A stretch of DNA of 64,000 nucleotides from Lophium mytilinum (lineage: Eukaryota), in the NCBI GenBank assembly GCA_010093605.1, contig MU004188.1:1119673-1183672 (forward strand), read 5' to 3'. Below are positions 1-12,821 of this stretch, one piece after another. Below the pieces are notes generated by a model. The model was not told the origin of the DNA and searched no databases. It was given only the letters and a program-made list of their open reading frames with translations. The position numbers were made by a program, and so were the translations under genes. Position 1 is the stretch's first letter, and each line of letters starts with the position of its first letter.

Positions 1-729
1 CGTCAGGTTCAGGTGCCACCAGACGTAAGGATATCAGCACACATATGCACAGCAGTCGAGTCGTCAGAGTGAGAGAGGTCAGTCAACGAGGGCCGCTCTA
101 GGGCTAAGGCAGGCATCGTTGAATACGCAGCCCTGAGCGGGCAAGTCAGTGCTTCTGGGCGATCGGAGCTTCTCTCGCCGACATGCGGCTTCATCCCAGT
201 CGTGCCAGTGGCGCCAGTCTGCTGTTGCACGGCCTGACGATTCCGTAATGCCTGCGCGCCCGTTGCTCACCAGCCATCGATGGACGAAAACTGGCGGAAG
301 CCATCAAAGGACGCATGCTCCACCCCTGTTTCTGGTAGGGCTGCGCCTCGTATGGCGCTGAGATGGCAGAGTACCGTGGAAGTGAGTGGAAGACCGTCAT
401 CAGTCTCTAGTCTGCCTTAACAGTGACGGTAAGGTCACGCTACCACGACGGGTCCTGAGGCCACAAGGCTGGAACGATCTGTCCTGGCAGTCTGGGAACA
501 CGTGCTTGAGATATGAAGTAAACAACAGTCGTGACTGCGCTGTAATATGCCAGGGACGTCTTGGGTAGCATTCTGATGCATGCCTGAACCCGTGTCTACT
601 TTAGGATCCTTCAATTGTGCCTGTACCTTGTTGGGAAGCGCTTTTGACCGTCCCGATCCTTTGTAAACGCCAGGTCCGTCCAACTAGAAGGACCTTACCT
701 GTATCGAAACTGTAAACGGATAACAGACA

Positions 730-2535
730 CTACGATGCCGCGAGCTTGTCTGCCGCAGCCCTTTCCGCCTCAACCTCCGCGACTACAATGCGCCTGACGC
801 CCTCCCATCCTTCAGACTTGCGCGCGACAGTGACGCGCCGCGCCTTGTCTTCTAGTCCATGGAACTCGACCGGGAGCACCGTATCGAAGCTGAACCCTGG
901 CTGCCCCTGCAGCGCCATCTCCACGGCCTTGCTGAACTTGGCCGGATGCGCCGTTGCGAGGGAGATGTGATGGGTTGTGGGCGGCGGGTTGCGTTGGACG
1001 GAGCGGAGCGAGGCCGTGATGCCAATAGCAGAGTGGGGGTCCAGTATGTATCCTTTGCCTGTCGTGCCGGAAGCAGATGTTTGCGAGATTGCCGGCGACA
1101 CAGCGCTGTAGATGGATGTGATGGTTGCAAGAGTCTCCTCATCCGACACCCGTTCGGATTCAAAATCAGCAGAGGCAGCCCGGAGAATCTTCTCGTCTAC
1201 GCTGAACCCGCCCTTGGTTTTCAGCTCGGCCAACCAATTACGGACATGTTCTCCCGCCGTTGAGCGACGGGTGGAGACAGGCGAGGACGGGGACGTGTAT
1301 ACGTTGTAGGCGAGGTACCACAGCAGCCGTTCGAAGTTGGACGAGACGAGGATGTCCATTGCCGGGCTCAGTGTCTCCTTGACCCCGTCTTCGTGTGCCA
1401 GTGCTCCGTCCTCCGGCACGCCGCCCGATGCCGCGGCGCCGTGGACAGGCTTTTTCTCATACTTGCCCGTTTGCCAGAAGCGGTGGAGGATATCATTAGC
1501 ATTGGTTGCAATGACGAGCCTTTCGGCTGGCAGCCCCATCTGTTTTGCAAAGTATCCGGCAAGGATATCCCCAAAGTTGCCGGTAGGAACGACGTAGCGG
1601 ATAGTTGCGCCTGACACAAAGGATGGCGAGCGGATGAGAGCGAAGTACGAGTGGAAGTAGTACGTTATTTGCGCCAGGATACGGGCCCAGTTTATCGAGT
1701 TCACGGCGGCGAGGCGGTGCGTCTTATTTATGATGGGATCTGCAAAAAGAGCCTTCACGAAGTCCTGAGAGATGTGTTAGCATTTGCGGTAAATAGAGAA
1801 TGGAGATACTTTACGCACCTGGCAATCATCAAACGTGCCGTCTACCGCGAGATTGTGGACATTGGCATCCATTACTGTAGTCATCTGCGCTTCCTGGATG
1901 GGACTAACCTTTCCCTGGGGATGCATGATGAAGACCGAGACATCCTTCTTTCCCCTCAAGCCATAGATGGCCGCTGACCCAGTATCTCCGCTGGTAGCCC
2001 CAATGACCGTTAAATGTTCCCGATCTCTACCCGTCTTTCCTTGATTTCTTCTTACGAGGAAGTATTCAAACAAGTTCCCCAGGAATTGCAGCGCAACATC
2101 TTTGAACGCAAAGGTCGGCCCGTGAAATAGCTCTAGCAAGTGTATCTTCTTCTCTTCATCTAGTGTCACAATGGGAGTAACGTCAGAGGTCCGGAATGTC
2201 GAGTAACTTCGCCTGATGAGTTCTTTGAGGTCTGCGGAGGGAATCTCGGTTGGTGAAATGAAGAGGGAGAATATGTTGAAGGCAAGCTCCTCGAAAGAGA
2301 GGTCTTTCCATGCTGACGCCCAGTTGGCTGGGAGGGAGGGTATTTCTTCGGGGATGAACAAGCCGCCGTCAGATGCGAGGCCTTTCAGCACAGCCTCTTC
2401 GAAGGAGAGCTACCATGTTCTCAGCTGTTGCCAATTCTAAAGGACAAAGATACAGAAATAGGCTGGAACACTGCTCACATCGTAGGATCCTCCCCGGGTG
2501 CTGAGGTAGCGCTGAGAAGCGGTATGTGAAGCCAT
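730..2535 (-). CDS. THR4: Threonine synthase; exons 2535-2479, 2409-1819, 1764-730
   Basis: Splicing gives MASHTASQRYLSTRGGSYD|LSFEEAVLKGLASDGGLF. PLP-lysine motif LELFHGPTFAFKDVALQ plus GATSGDTG, NSINWARI, VPTGNFGD, SSNFERL, ATAHPAKF. Both introns are GT-AG with branch points and keep frame. Confidence 0.97.
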
Positions 2536-4121
2536 TGCAGCCGTTCAGTTGCTCGTGCGCAGATGTCAAGACTAGCCTATAGAGGGAACAATGACGAGTA
2601 TTCCAGGGCGATAGATTGATACAAATTCCAAAACGCTCCTTCACACAATATGCCAGAAGCTGGTACCCCACTGCAGGAGTCAGTGCTACCGTGCGAGAGA
2701 TTTGGAGGGGGTTGAATCATCGGCCCTGGTCGGCGATATCGGGCGGATCTTTTTTTGCAAGCCACAAGCGCGAGTCAAGTTTGGTGAACATCAAATGGCA
2801 GTCCTGTGATTCTATTTGTGGTGGCCCCGAGAGTTATCGAGATTCTCGAAGCCGTGGTTTTCAAGGTTTTGCTATCGTATTAGAAAGCCTTAGGCGGTGC
2901 TTGTTAAGCCTAGAGTGAGTGTCGTTCCAGATTATAGTCCATGGAGTGTATAATGAAATCACGTATTCGAGGACTGCCACTTTCTGTTTAGGAAAGCCTG
3001 CCAGTCGTTCCTGCAGGATCCCAAGCTGTAGACGCTACACGTGAAAAGCTACAGGAGACACGGGCACTGCTACATATCTGATTATTCGTCCATTAGAGGC
3101 TTCCGCTACATTCGAAATGAATCTCTGATGCCCACGGACCGCTTTCGGACCTGGTGCGCGGTTCCTGGCGGTGGAGCAATTTTCAGCGCGATTCTAGAAC
3201 CAGCCTAGCGCCGCATCAACGTTAGCGCGTCGCCGAAATATTTTTCGTATAAGACCTCGCTGCCGCCGCCGCTTCTTCTGTTCTTCAGTCGACTTTGTAA
3301 GTTTCCCACTCCCCCCATGGAGTTCAAACCACCATCTCCCAAAGGCCTCATCGCTAACAACCCATTACCACAGACTTCATAGAATCATTTCTTTAGTAAA
3401 CGTCCTCTTCTGAGTCTCTTACCAGAGCCACAGATCTCCAACCTGGCTGATGAGTTTTATCCTCGATGTCCCAAAGTGAGGCCTTTTACCCTTGCTTCGG
3501 CGAGGGTGGCGATGATCTTGCGCTGGCTCAGGCGGCTGACTTCGGTCGGTCTGGTCAGCAGGACGTTGGGAGAAATCTGACAGGCTTTTCGAAGCTGCAA
3601 TGTTGTGTGTGGGATACAATCTTGGAGGTTATGTGCGTGGTCGCTAGGTCACCGAATACCATCTTTTGCCTGAACAACCTCTTCCTGCTTTGTGATATCT
3701 TGTACTGCTGTGAAGTCTTCCCCTGCTGCGACTTTTACGCTGCCTTCGTGATGAAGCTGCTACCCCGACATCGAAATCCGAGCAAAATTTTCACCACCGT
3801 GCGTCGCGAAAGAGGATGTAATGCCCGCGCGGATTGCTGTTGCACTTCATCACTGACGGAAGCTGACATTCTTCATCGCCTACAGCTCGATGATCTTCAG
3901 CCAGTCTCCGTGGGTTGTCTCACGAAGCGCTTGATAGTCATCTGATGCCCAACCAAGAGTTCGAGCCAAGATGTCATTCACGCACAAGTGTCGTAACGCC
4001 TTAAGTTAGACCGCGTCCGTCTTACTGCGATGATGCGTGTAGATTCAATCTATAGTCGTTCTAAATACGCGTTCTCCGCACGCATGCCCGTCCGAAATCC
4101 AATATCCCATGATACAATTCA

Positions 4122-5376
4122 TCAACACCAGCCATATTTCTCGCAACCGATCCAATCAATGCTGTCCGCTACCGGATGCTCATGCGGAAGGTTCCATTTC
4201 AAGCTTGCGATGCTCTCTTTGTCTCTGTTCACCACCTCAGCCTCAGGGTCCAGCATCTGAGCTGCGAACACCATGGCGGAGTTGGGGTTCCATGCCTGAA
4301 GCTCCGCCATTTTCCATTTTCGCGCCTCCTCTTGGGCCACGAGCAAGAGCGCTGCGACTGCAGCTGTATGCTTGGAGGTGTTACTCGAACCATTGCTCGG
4401 GTTCTGAGCTCCGTGACCTTCCCAGCTCGACCCCCCTTGCTCTTCAATTACTAGGCGGAGGATGTGGAGGGTGTTGCTTTCGCTCGCGTTGGGGTCATTG
4501 TTGTACCACATCCGCGTCCAGTAGCACCAAACCCTTTTGCCTTCTTCGGAGCCTACGATGGCCCCTTTGATCTCGGGCGCTTTACCGTGCAGCACGTTGC
4601 CGACGAAGTCCTCTCGGGCGTGGTGCCACTGGATGGTGTTGATATCAGGGATCAAAGCGACTGCTGTTTTGCTCTTTGCTGATCGGGACCCCAAGCTCTT
4701 GCGGATAAGAGCCTCGTCGATCCGGCAAAGTTCTGCGAGATCTTTCTCATAGAGAGGACGAGCCGTTGGGAGACTGTCGGTTGGCAATTTCTTCGCGGTC
4801 CTCGCAGGCACAGCTATATGAGCGGAATTGAACGGTTCCCAGCCAAGTCTAGAATAGAACCCCTTCGAAGTGTCAGAATTGAAAAGAGCCGTCATTTTAC
4901 ATTGCTCAGAGACTCACCTTGCCAATGTCGGAGTAAAGTACAGAGAAAAGAGACTCCTGATCTCCTGTCTGCCACGTCCGCAATGCTTTCCCAACCTCTT
5001 GCATCATTCGTTGCGCATAGCCCTTCCCTCTCATCGCTGGCGGGCAAAATACGCTCCCAATGCCATGGGAGATGGTCTCTTCAACTTTTCCATTGCGAGC
5101 GACTAATGCCTTTTTTCGGTACGACTCGCAGGCACACAGAACAACCCTCTTCTCAGCGGCGGTGTCGACAAGAGCCCAATACGTGATGCCACCCTCTTTA
5201 GTCTGCTCTTGATTCGCGAGAACTTCTTCGCGACGCAGATATGTCTCTAGGGAGAGTGCACCTCTCCATTCCACGCCATTGGCCCTGAATTGGGCCAGCT
5301 TCTCCTCCGGAGTAGGATGGACTAGGGCGAGAGTAGGACACTTCCCGTCCGGCAGGTTTGTGAGAGCAGACACCAT
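4122..5376 (-). CDS. GNAT-family N-acetyltransferase (fungal LYC1-like lysine acetyltransferase); intron 4863-4917
   Basis: Acetyl-CoA motif A GIGSVFCPPAMRGKGYA and SVLYSDIGK|GFYSRLGW are joined across a GT-AG intron; C-terminal EKYGWC is typical of this fungal family. Confidence 0.85.
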
Positions 5377-6402
5377 CCTGACAGGCTATGTGCTCTGGAC
5401 GGTTCTGGATGCTCCGATATCTGTTTTAGAATGATTCTAGAATACAACTGCAGGTCTAAGGCTGGCGCGTCCGAGATTGTAATGGGCTAACGTCGGCGAA
5501 TTTGGCTTTGTGATAAAGAAAGAATGTTAAACTCTTCTGCAGGGGAAGTGCAGGCCGTAGAGACATGCTTGAGCGCCACGCAGCTGATGTCTTTATACTC
5601 GCCATCTCGTATGCCTTCCAAACGCGCCCTGGACTATCCGACTAAGGGATAGTAAAGTTTGTGGAGCATTTGCCGACGCCAGGCGAGAGAAAGCGTGCCG
5701 TCAGCAGCTGGCGGTCATGCGGAGTCCGTCATCGCGACTTGCCTCGATGGATTGGGCCAGTCGAATGAGGCGGGATGGAACGCAAAGCGGTGCTTGAGAT
5801 GGAGATGCAGCCTGTGGGCTACCATAGGCAAACGATGCATCCAGGCGTGCATCGGGCCTTGGGTGGCCTGGCTGAATTCTAGAACTAGGGAGTATGTATG
5901 GCGGCCAGGACACAACCTCAAACGCCGCGCCGCACTCTGCCTCCTGCCTCGCTCAGTCCATCTGGGCGTCCTCTCGAGGTCGTGGAGCTTCTCGCGCAGC
6001 CAAGACTGCAAATTCACGTCGACTGCGGCGGTCGAGTAGGTAGGTTTATTCTGCCGTGGGTTCCAGGGCCGTCGCGCGAGGTCCGCCGTTCGTGAGTTTG
6101 TAGAAAGGCATAAGGAAGGCGCTGCGCTGCTCCAGCACGACGTCGTCAGGGTGGTATTCCTACGTGGCTGTCATTTCCGTCAACCTTGTCCGTCGCACTC
6201 ACTACTGAATCACTTGTGCTCATTGTCTACCTGTGTTCGAACGGCTGTTGGCTCTTCTTCCTGTACTCTCACTTGTGAGCTGGCTCAGCCTTGCTGCCCG
6301 CTCGCTCGACGACATCCCCGCCGCATGCCCAGATAGGCACTCCATAATCCAATCCAACGCACTCAACTACTCGCCTTTCGCCGTTTGGTCTCTCGCAATA
6401 TC

Positions 6403-9087
6403 ATGGCGACTCGTCTGCCCATCCGGCAAACAGAAGTCATTGTGTTGTCTGATGATTCCGATTCCGATACAGACAGCGACTCTGATCAACACACACCGCA
6501 GGGCAGCGACCTCTTTGCAGACGTGATCGATATCGACGACGACTTCGCAGCGGTGCTTGTAGCGACAGACGATGTGCAGTTTCAGGACCCCCGCCCTGCA
6601 TCTCGACCTCCTACTCCATTCACCGAGGATGACGCCCTGCAAAAGATTCTAGACATATTCCCAGACATCGCGCACGACCATGTCCTCAATCTCTACAGGG
6701 AAGGGCTGCATGACGGTGTGCTCAGCTCCGTATGGTGCGATCAGTTGATCACTCGGCTGGTCGACTCTGGTTCATATCCCAAGGAGAGCGAGCGACGACG
6801 CAAAGACCTGAAGCGGAAGCGCACGGACACCCAGGACGACGAAGATGCTATCAGAAAGTTTGAGAAAATGGAGAGGCACAACGCCGGCCGTCTTTACTCT
6901 CAACTCGCGTGAGTCAACCCTTCCCCTTCCTTGCATTTCACCATGTTTCGGATGACTCCATGGATGCCTTCGAGAAGTGATTTCCCAAGACGGTCGTCGA
7001 CACGTGTAGATTCACTGCGCTGCTCGCCGACCTTCCTCGATTTCAGCTACATGACCGAGGTCGGCGTCGCGCTCGCTACCGGCCCAGCTGTATCGCGACC
7101 CACATCTAACACCACACATCCCACACACAACTTGCATGATAATTTGATCACTAATTGACAACCTTTTACAGACTCAAGTTCCTAGGAAACGAGTTCCTCA
7201 ACGTACCCGTCAAGCACATAGAGGCCACGCTTCGCGCTGACGGCACGCTATTCAAAGCCTTTACCACGTTGGCAGAACAGCTGCGCGAGTACGACCCGGA
7301 GAAGCACAATCCCTTCACGAAAGTTCGAGCCCGCATTATGGCAAAATCGAACGACGTTGTCGGAGATCCGTCCATGGACTACCTTAGAGATGACCTCAAG
7401 ATGGAATTGGATGCCGCTCGGAAGAAGCGACTGAAGGATGAAGGTACGAGTCCTAGAGGTGACTCTGCTGAAGTTTCATTGCATAGCTAACCTATTACAT
7501 CTCAGCCAACGAACGCTTGCAAAAAGAGCTCCAGGAAGAAATAGATAAAGCAGTGCGTGAAGAAACCGCTGTCGAATGGTATGTCAACTCATTTCGGACT
7601 CTCGATACCTGGCGCTGGCTAACTCGGGCTAGTGACTGTTGCTGCGGCAGCTTTCCGGTGCATCGCATGACCGAATGCGAGGCCGCCACCCCCCATTTCT
7701 TCTGCTGTGAATGCGCTCGCACACTGGTCCACCATCTCATAGGCGACGGGAAATGTCGTCCGACATGTATGTCAACCAAGGGCTGCAGTGCTGGGTTCGC
7801 GCGTCAACAACTGAAGATATTTCTGGACCAAGTCACGTTCGACAAACTTGAAAGCATGCAACAGCGAGAGGATGTCCTAGCGGCCGGCATAGAAGGCCTC
7901 GCTGAATGTCCGTTCTGCGATTTTAGGGCAGATTGTCCCCCGGTTGAGATCGACAGAGAATTCCGGTGCCGCAATCCAGGTTGCGAGAAAGTCAGCTGTC
8001 GCTTGTGCCGAGCGGAGACACATATTCCACAGAGTTGCGAAGAGTATGCGAAAGAAAACAAACTGAGCGTGCGACACGCCGTGGAGGAAGCGATGACCAA
8101 TGCTTTGATTAGGATTTGCAAGTAAGTCAACCCTTCCGGGCTCTTCGTAGGCAGTCCGCTAACTGAGCAGTAAATGCCAACACCCTTTCATCAAGGACTT
8201 TGGTTGCAACAAAATGGTTTGCACACGCTGCGGCAACAAGCAATGGTAAGTCTCTCCATCCGTCTGTAGTTTCGTACGCAGCTGACCTCTTCTTCAACAG
8301 CTATGTCTGCTCCAAGACAGTCGTCGATTACAATCATTTTAAAGAAAACGGTCCTTGCCCTCTTCACGACAACACAGACCAACGCCATACCGAAGATGTC
8401 AAAAAAGCAGAAACCGAGGCCCTTGCGAAAGTACGAGCCGAGAATCCAGAACTTACGGATGAGGATCTAAAAGTCAAAGTGTCCGACACAGTCAGGCTTG
8501 AAGAGGAGGCTCGCGCTCAACGGGCACAGGGGGCAATGGCACCCGGCCGATTAGGCGCATATGTTGGGCATTTTCACCCTCACCAACCCCAACACCCTCA
8601 ACACCTTCATTTCGCGATGCGTGATCATGAAGGCTTGGCAGCAGTCGGAGGCGGTGCGGCTGCAGCTTACCATGCACCCGCCCTGGTTCCACCACCAGGC
8701 CATGCTTTTATGCCTTTCAATCGACCACATCAGCGCGTTGACGCTGAATTGCGACGGTTGGACGGCTATAACCTGGGAATCCCACCACCACCGATTGAGA
8801 GGATGGCCCCGCGAGCACATAGACTGCCAGCCGCGCCGCCGCCACCCGTTCCGCATCAGCTTCCCATATTACCCAGGCCGCAAGTGCGAGACCTCAATCC
8901 GGAGACACTTGACTTGCACATGCGAGCCATACAGCAAGGGCGACGACTCAACCTGGAGGCAGATGTCTTACAGATGCGACGAGTTGACGTCGCTATTCAG
9001 GCAGCGAGACACGATATGGATGAACTCAGGATCCCTCGGGGAGGGCTTCTGGGTTGGCTTCCAAGAGGGCAGGGTCGAAACCAATGA
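6403..9087 (+). CDS. RBR (RING-IBR-RING) E3 ubiquitin ligase, RNF216/TRIAD3-like; exons 6403-6908, 7172-7443, 7506-7578, 7633-8121, 8171-8245, 8301-9087
   Basis: N-terminal CUE-like ILDIFPDI. RING1 C|DCC...HFFCCEC, IBR CPFC...CRNPGC...CRLC...H...C, and RING2 CNKC...KDFGCNKMVCTRC...C|YVC are restored by five frame-preserving GT-AG introns. Confidence 0.9.
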
Positions 9088-9657
9088 ATGGGGCCATACG
9101 TTCGTCCTACTATCAAATCGTTGCAGTCATTTACGGTGGGTTCTACTACGGGACTCTTTCTTGGGGCTTTTTTTTGTACAAGTAGCTGCACTTCTATCTC
9201 ATTAGCGGCATGGGTAAGTCAAGATTAAACATTGGAGTTTTGGGGATTTGGGTTTGGCGCCTGGAATATTCTTTGGGTCTGCAGCAGCTTATATCCCCCG
9301 CCGTCTCTTGGCTGAACTCCTATTTTCCAATAGATACCTCGAGTATGTGGGGAATTATAATGAAGTTCTTTGCGTGCGGTTCTCGCTATAATTTGCTACA
9401 TGTATTGAGAACTAATCGCTGGGACCTGCATGTAAGTTACCTAGACTGTATACGTTGCCTTTCTGGGCAATCTACCCGATACAACTTCCAGCTCAACTTC
9501 AGCTGCTTTGTAAACTCCTATCAACGACGGCACGATTTATAAGAGATTGCCATGTAAACACGCCCAAAACACGCCCTACAACGGGCCGCTTCCGCCTGCC
9601 GATTTCGGCATCGTGAGTATTCGATGACATGCGCAGCCGGCAAGCGGCACAGGCCCC

Positions 9658-9692
9658 CGGCGCTATTCTCATGACGGCGCTATTCTCATGAC
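9658..9692. repeat. Perfect 17-bp tandem duplication (CGGCGCTATTCTCATGA x2) in the MFS gene promoter
   Basis: Read directly: 9658-9674 and 9675-9691 are identical. Confidence 0.9.
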
Positions 9693-9899
9693 TACTCGAA
9701 AACGAGCTTGGTTTATTTCCGCGGCTGTTACAAATGTTTTTCTTCTCCTAAAAATGCGGGGACCCATATTTATTTCCACTGACTCCTCCCCCGGATTTTC
9801 TCCCTTTCAACCTTCACGCAGGGTTTTATTATTTCATCGTTTGGATGAGTTGCTGTGTGGGATATTATCTTTGACGGACTCGATTCCGCTATTCGTTCT

Positions 9900-11653
9900 A
9901 TGACGACCACTCAGAGCGCGTTGACGTTGGATGAAGTCCGAGCGAACGCCGATGAGCCAGGTTCTTCCCCAGATCATAAGCTCGCTGCGGCGGGGTCGGA
10001 GAATGGCAGCGATGAGGAGAGGGCGGAGGTGAAGGTGGAGGATGTGCCGCCGGATGGGGGATATGGCTGGGTTGTTGTAGCTGCGTGAGTACTATTCTTA
10101 CAGAGACTGCGGGAATATGAAATTTAAGAATTGAGACTGATGTGGTTGCGTAGGATTTTTTGTATCAATGCCCATACTTGGGGACTCAATTCTTCTTATG
10201 GCGTGTTTCTAGCCCATTGTATGTGTTTTATATGTCTTCATGCTTTCAGGACTTCTCTTACGTGCTACTGTAGATCTGAGCACCAATACCTTTCCTGGGG
10301 CGTCGAGACTGGATTTTGCGTTTATAGGTACATTTCCGGCACTGCAATGATTGCTCAATGGCGCGAAGCTAACCTCAAATAGGAGGACTATCTGTGTCCA
10401 TGGCGTTGACGGTATCGCCAGTAGCTACTGCTACGACTAGACTATACGGTACTCGCGTCACACTTCTACTTGGTGTTTTCTTCGAAGCTCTCTCTCTAAT
10501 CGGCGCCTCCTTCGCCGACAAGATATGGCAGCTCTTCCTCAGCCAAGGCGTCTGCTTCGGATGGGGCATGGGCTTCCTCTTCGTAGGCTCCGTCTCCGTG
10601 GTCCCGCAATGGTTCACCACGCGCCGCAGTCTCGCGAACGGAATCGCAGCATCAGGCTCCGGCCTAGGCGGCCTAATCTACTCCCTCTCCGCTCAAGCCA
10701 TGATCGAGAACATCAGCCTCGCGTGGGCTTTCCGTATCCTAGGCATCATCGCGTTCGGAGTCAACCTGTCCTGCGCGCTCGTGGTCAGAGACCGCAACAA
10801 GCATATTGGATCGTCGCAGCTCTCGTTTGACTATCGCCTTTTCCGCCGCGTGGAGTTCTTGCTTCTTGTGTCGTTTGGGTTCTTGTCTATGTTGGCATAT
10901 ATCGTGCTTCTGTTCTCGCTGCCGAATTTCGCGCAGTCGGTGGGTATGACGGCGAAGCAGGGCTCGATTATTGGAGCGGTGCTGAATCTTGGCCAAGCGC
11001 TGGGACGGCCGCCTATTGGGTACTTCAGTGATGCTGTTGGGAGGATTAATATGGCGAGCTCCATGACTTTCCTTGCGGGGCTGTTTTGCTTGGTTATCTG
11101 GACGTTTGCGACGAAGTTTGGAGTGCTGGTGTTCTTTGCGCTTATTGGAGGATGCGTGGCTGGGACTTTCTGGGCGGTGAGTTCGAGAATCGTGTTTATA
11201 GATGTCTGTCTGAGTGCTGACATGTACCCTAGGTGATTGGGCCGGTTACGTCTGAGGTCATTGGTCTCAAGGACTTGCCATCGGCGCTTGCTCTTACGTG
11301 GATAGTTTTGGTCCTTCCTACGACCTGTGAGTCTGATTTCTCGTGTTCGAAAAGGGTTCATCTTGCTGACATGTATAGTTTCTGAGCCCATCGCTCTTGA
11401 GATCATCTCTTTCAACAACGGAAATTACCTGGGTGCTCAACTCTTCACGGGCTTCATGTACATTGGTGCGGCGTTCTTCCTTTGGTTGGTGAGAGCGTGG
11501 AAGATTGGCGAGCTAGAGAAAGAAGATGCTGTAGACGCGACCCCCCAGACAGGCGGTCCGTTGACAGAGAAACCCGCAGGGGAGGAGGCGACGGCGAGCG
11601 ATGCGGTGCAGTCGAGCTTCGTGAAGAGGATGTTCATGTGGAGGAAGGTATGA
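9900..11653 (+). CDS. MFS transporter, monocarboxylate porter (MCT/Mch) family; exons 9900-10084, 10154-10218, 10274-10327, 10383-11176, 11233-11326, 11379-11653
   Basis: Family signature PPDGGYGWVVV, then TWGLNSSYGVFL, QWFTTRRSLANGIAASGSGLGG and GRPPIGYFSDAVGRIN. Many hydrophobic helices; five frame-preserving introns. Confidence 0.92.
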
Positions 11654-12821
11654 GATATTTGTGGAAAAGCTTTCAAACGTGTTAATACTGCTCACTGCCT
11701 GCATCTGCTCGGCGCAAAAAGACCACACTAATGGGACGCATATAAAGCTCTAGAGAAGGGCTGAAAAGATGTATATAACAAAAAGCGACGCATACAAAGT
11801 TCTACGGAAGGGCTGACAAGATGCATATAACTCTTAATGCCTAAAAAGGCAAGGTAAAGAATGGTCGACGAGTTCGAAATAGTCAAGACGGCTTGTGTTA
11901 TTCTTGGAGACATGACATGATGTTTGAGATTAAACTGTACTGCGCTGTACACCCCCAAGGTTACTCGTCACGCTCAACTTAGCCATAACGTACGATGCGT
12001 ACAGCATGGTGGTTGGTACAGGTTGCATTAAAGGCAATAATGAGGCCATCGACCAGACAAAGATGCGGCAGGGCTCCGTATGCCCCTTTCACTCCTTTTA
12101 CCTAGTACTGAAGCATGAAGCTTATTAGAGCAGGTCGTCTTCATGCTGAAATTGAAGACGCTCGGGCACTTCCCATAAAGCCCAGCTCCTGACAGCCAGG
12201 ACTGCCAGGACAGCGAAGTAGCACTACAAGTGGAATATCAGTCCTTGGATGCAAAGACAGGTGTATTGAGGGGGCTCTCGGAATGCACTGCATGGCATAA
12301 AGCCCTAGAACGCCTCTCCCGTCCACGGTCTCAACCTTCACCAATGTGCCTGGGCTGCCTCCCCAGACTCCTGACCAGGCTATCCCTGTCGTTTGGGAGC
12401 CAGCCGTGGGTGATGTTGTGGGGGCGCGTCATTGGTCCGGCATCTCCCACGTCTCCTTTCCATAGCTAGAAGATATTCTCAGGCGAAGCTCCGCACACTG
12501 CACCGCCTATCCCTTCTACACGCCACGTTATGGTGCAGAGCAGTGTCAACTCGTCCCCGGCGCCTTGTACATTGTCCGCCAACTCCATGTCACTCCTTTA
12601 GACCGAGTCCTTTCTTTTGTAGACATCTCTATCGCGTCACCACCTGGCGTTCCGCCTCCGCTCCCTCCTCGCAGCGTCCGCACGCGTTGCCATCGTTCCC
12701 GGCTCCCGATTTATCCCCCAGTTACAACGAGCGAGCGACGCCAGCTTCGCTCACCGCGTTGGAACCGTGGAAGGTGCGCGTTTTCTAGTCAACCAGCTCA
12801 GAGCGAGGCGCTGAACATTGA

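Noticed and set aside
3200..3950. Possible gene relic between THR4 and the acetyltransferase
   Set aside because: Short stop-interrupted frames with no identifiable domain or consistent splice model.
5659..6095. 100-126-aa ORFs in the divergent GNAT/RBR promoter
   Set aside because: Non-ATG starts, GC-rich promoter context, no motifs.
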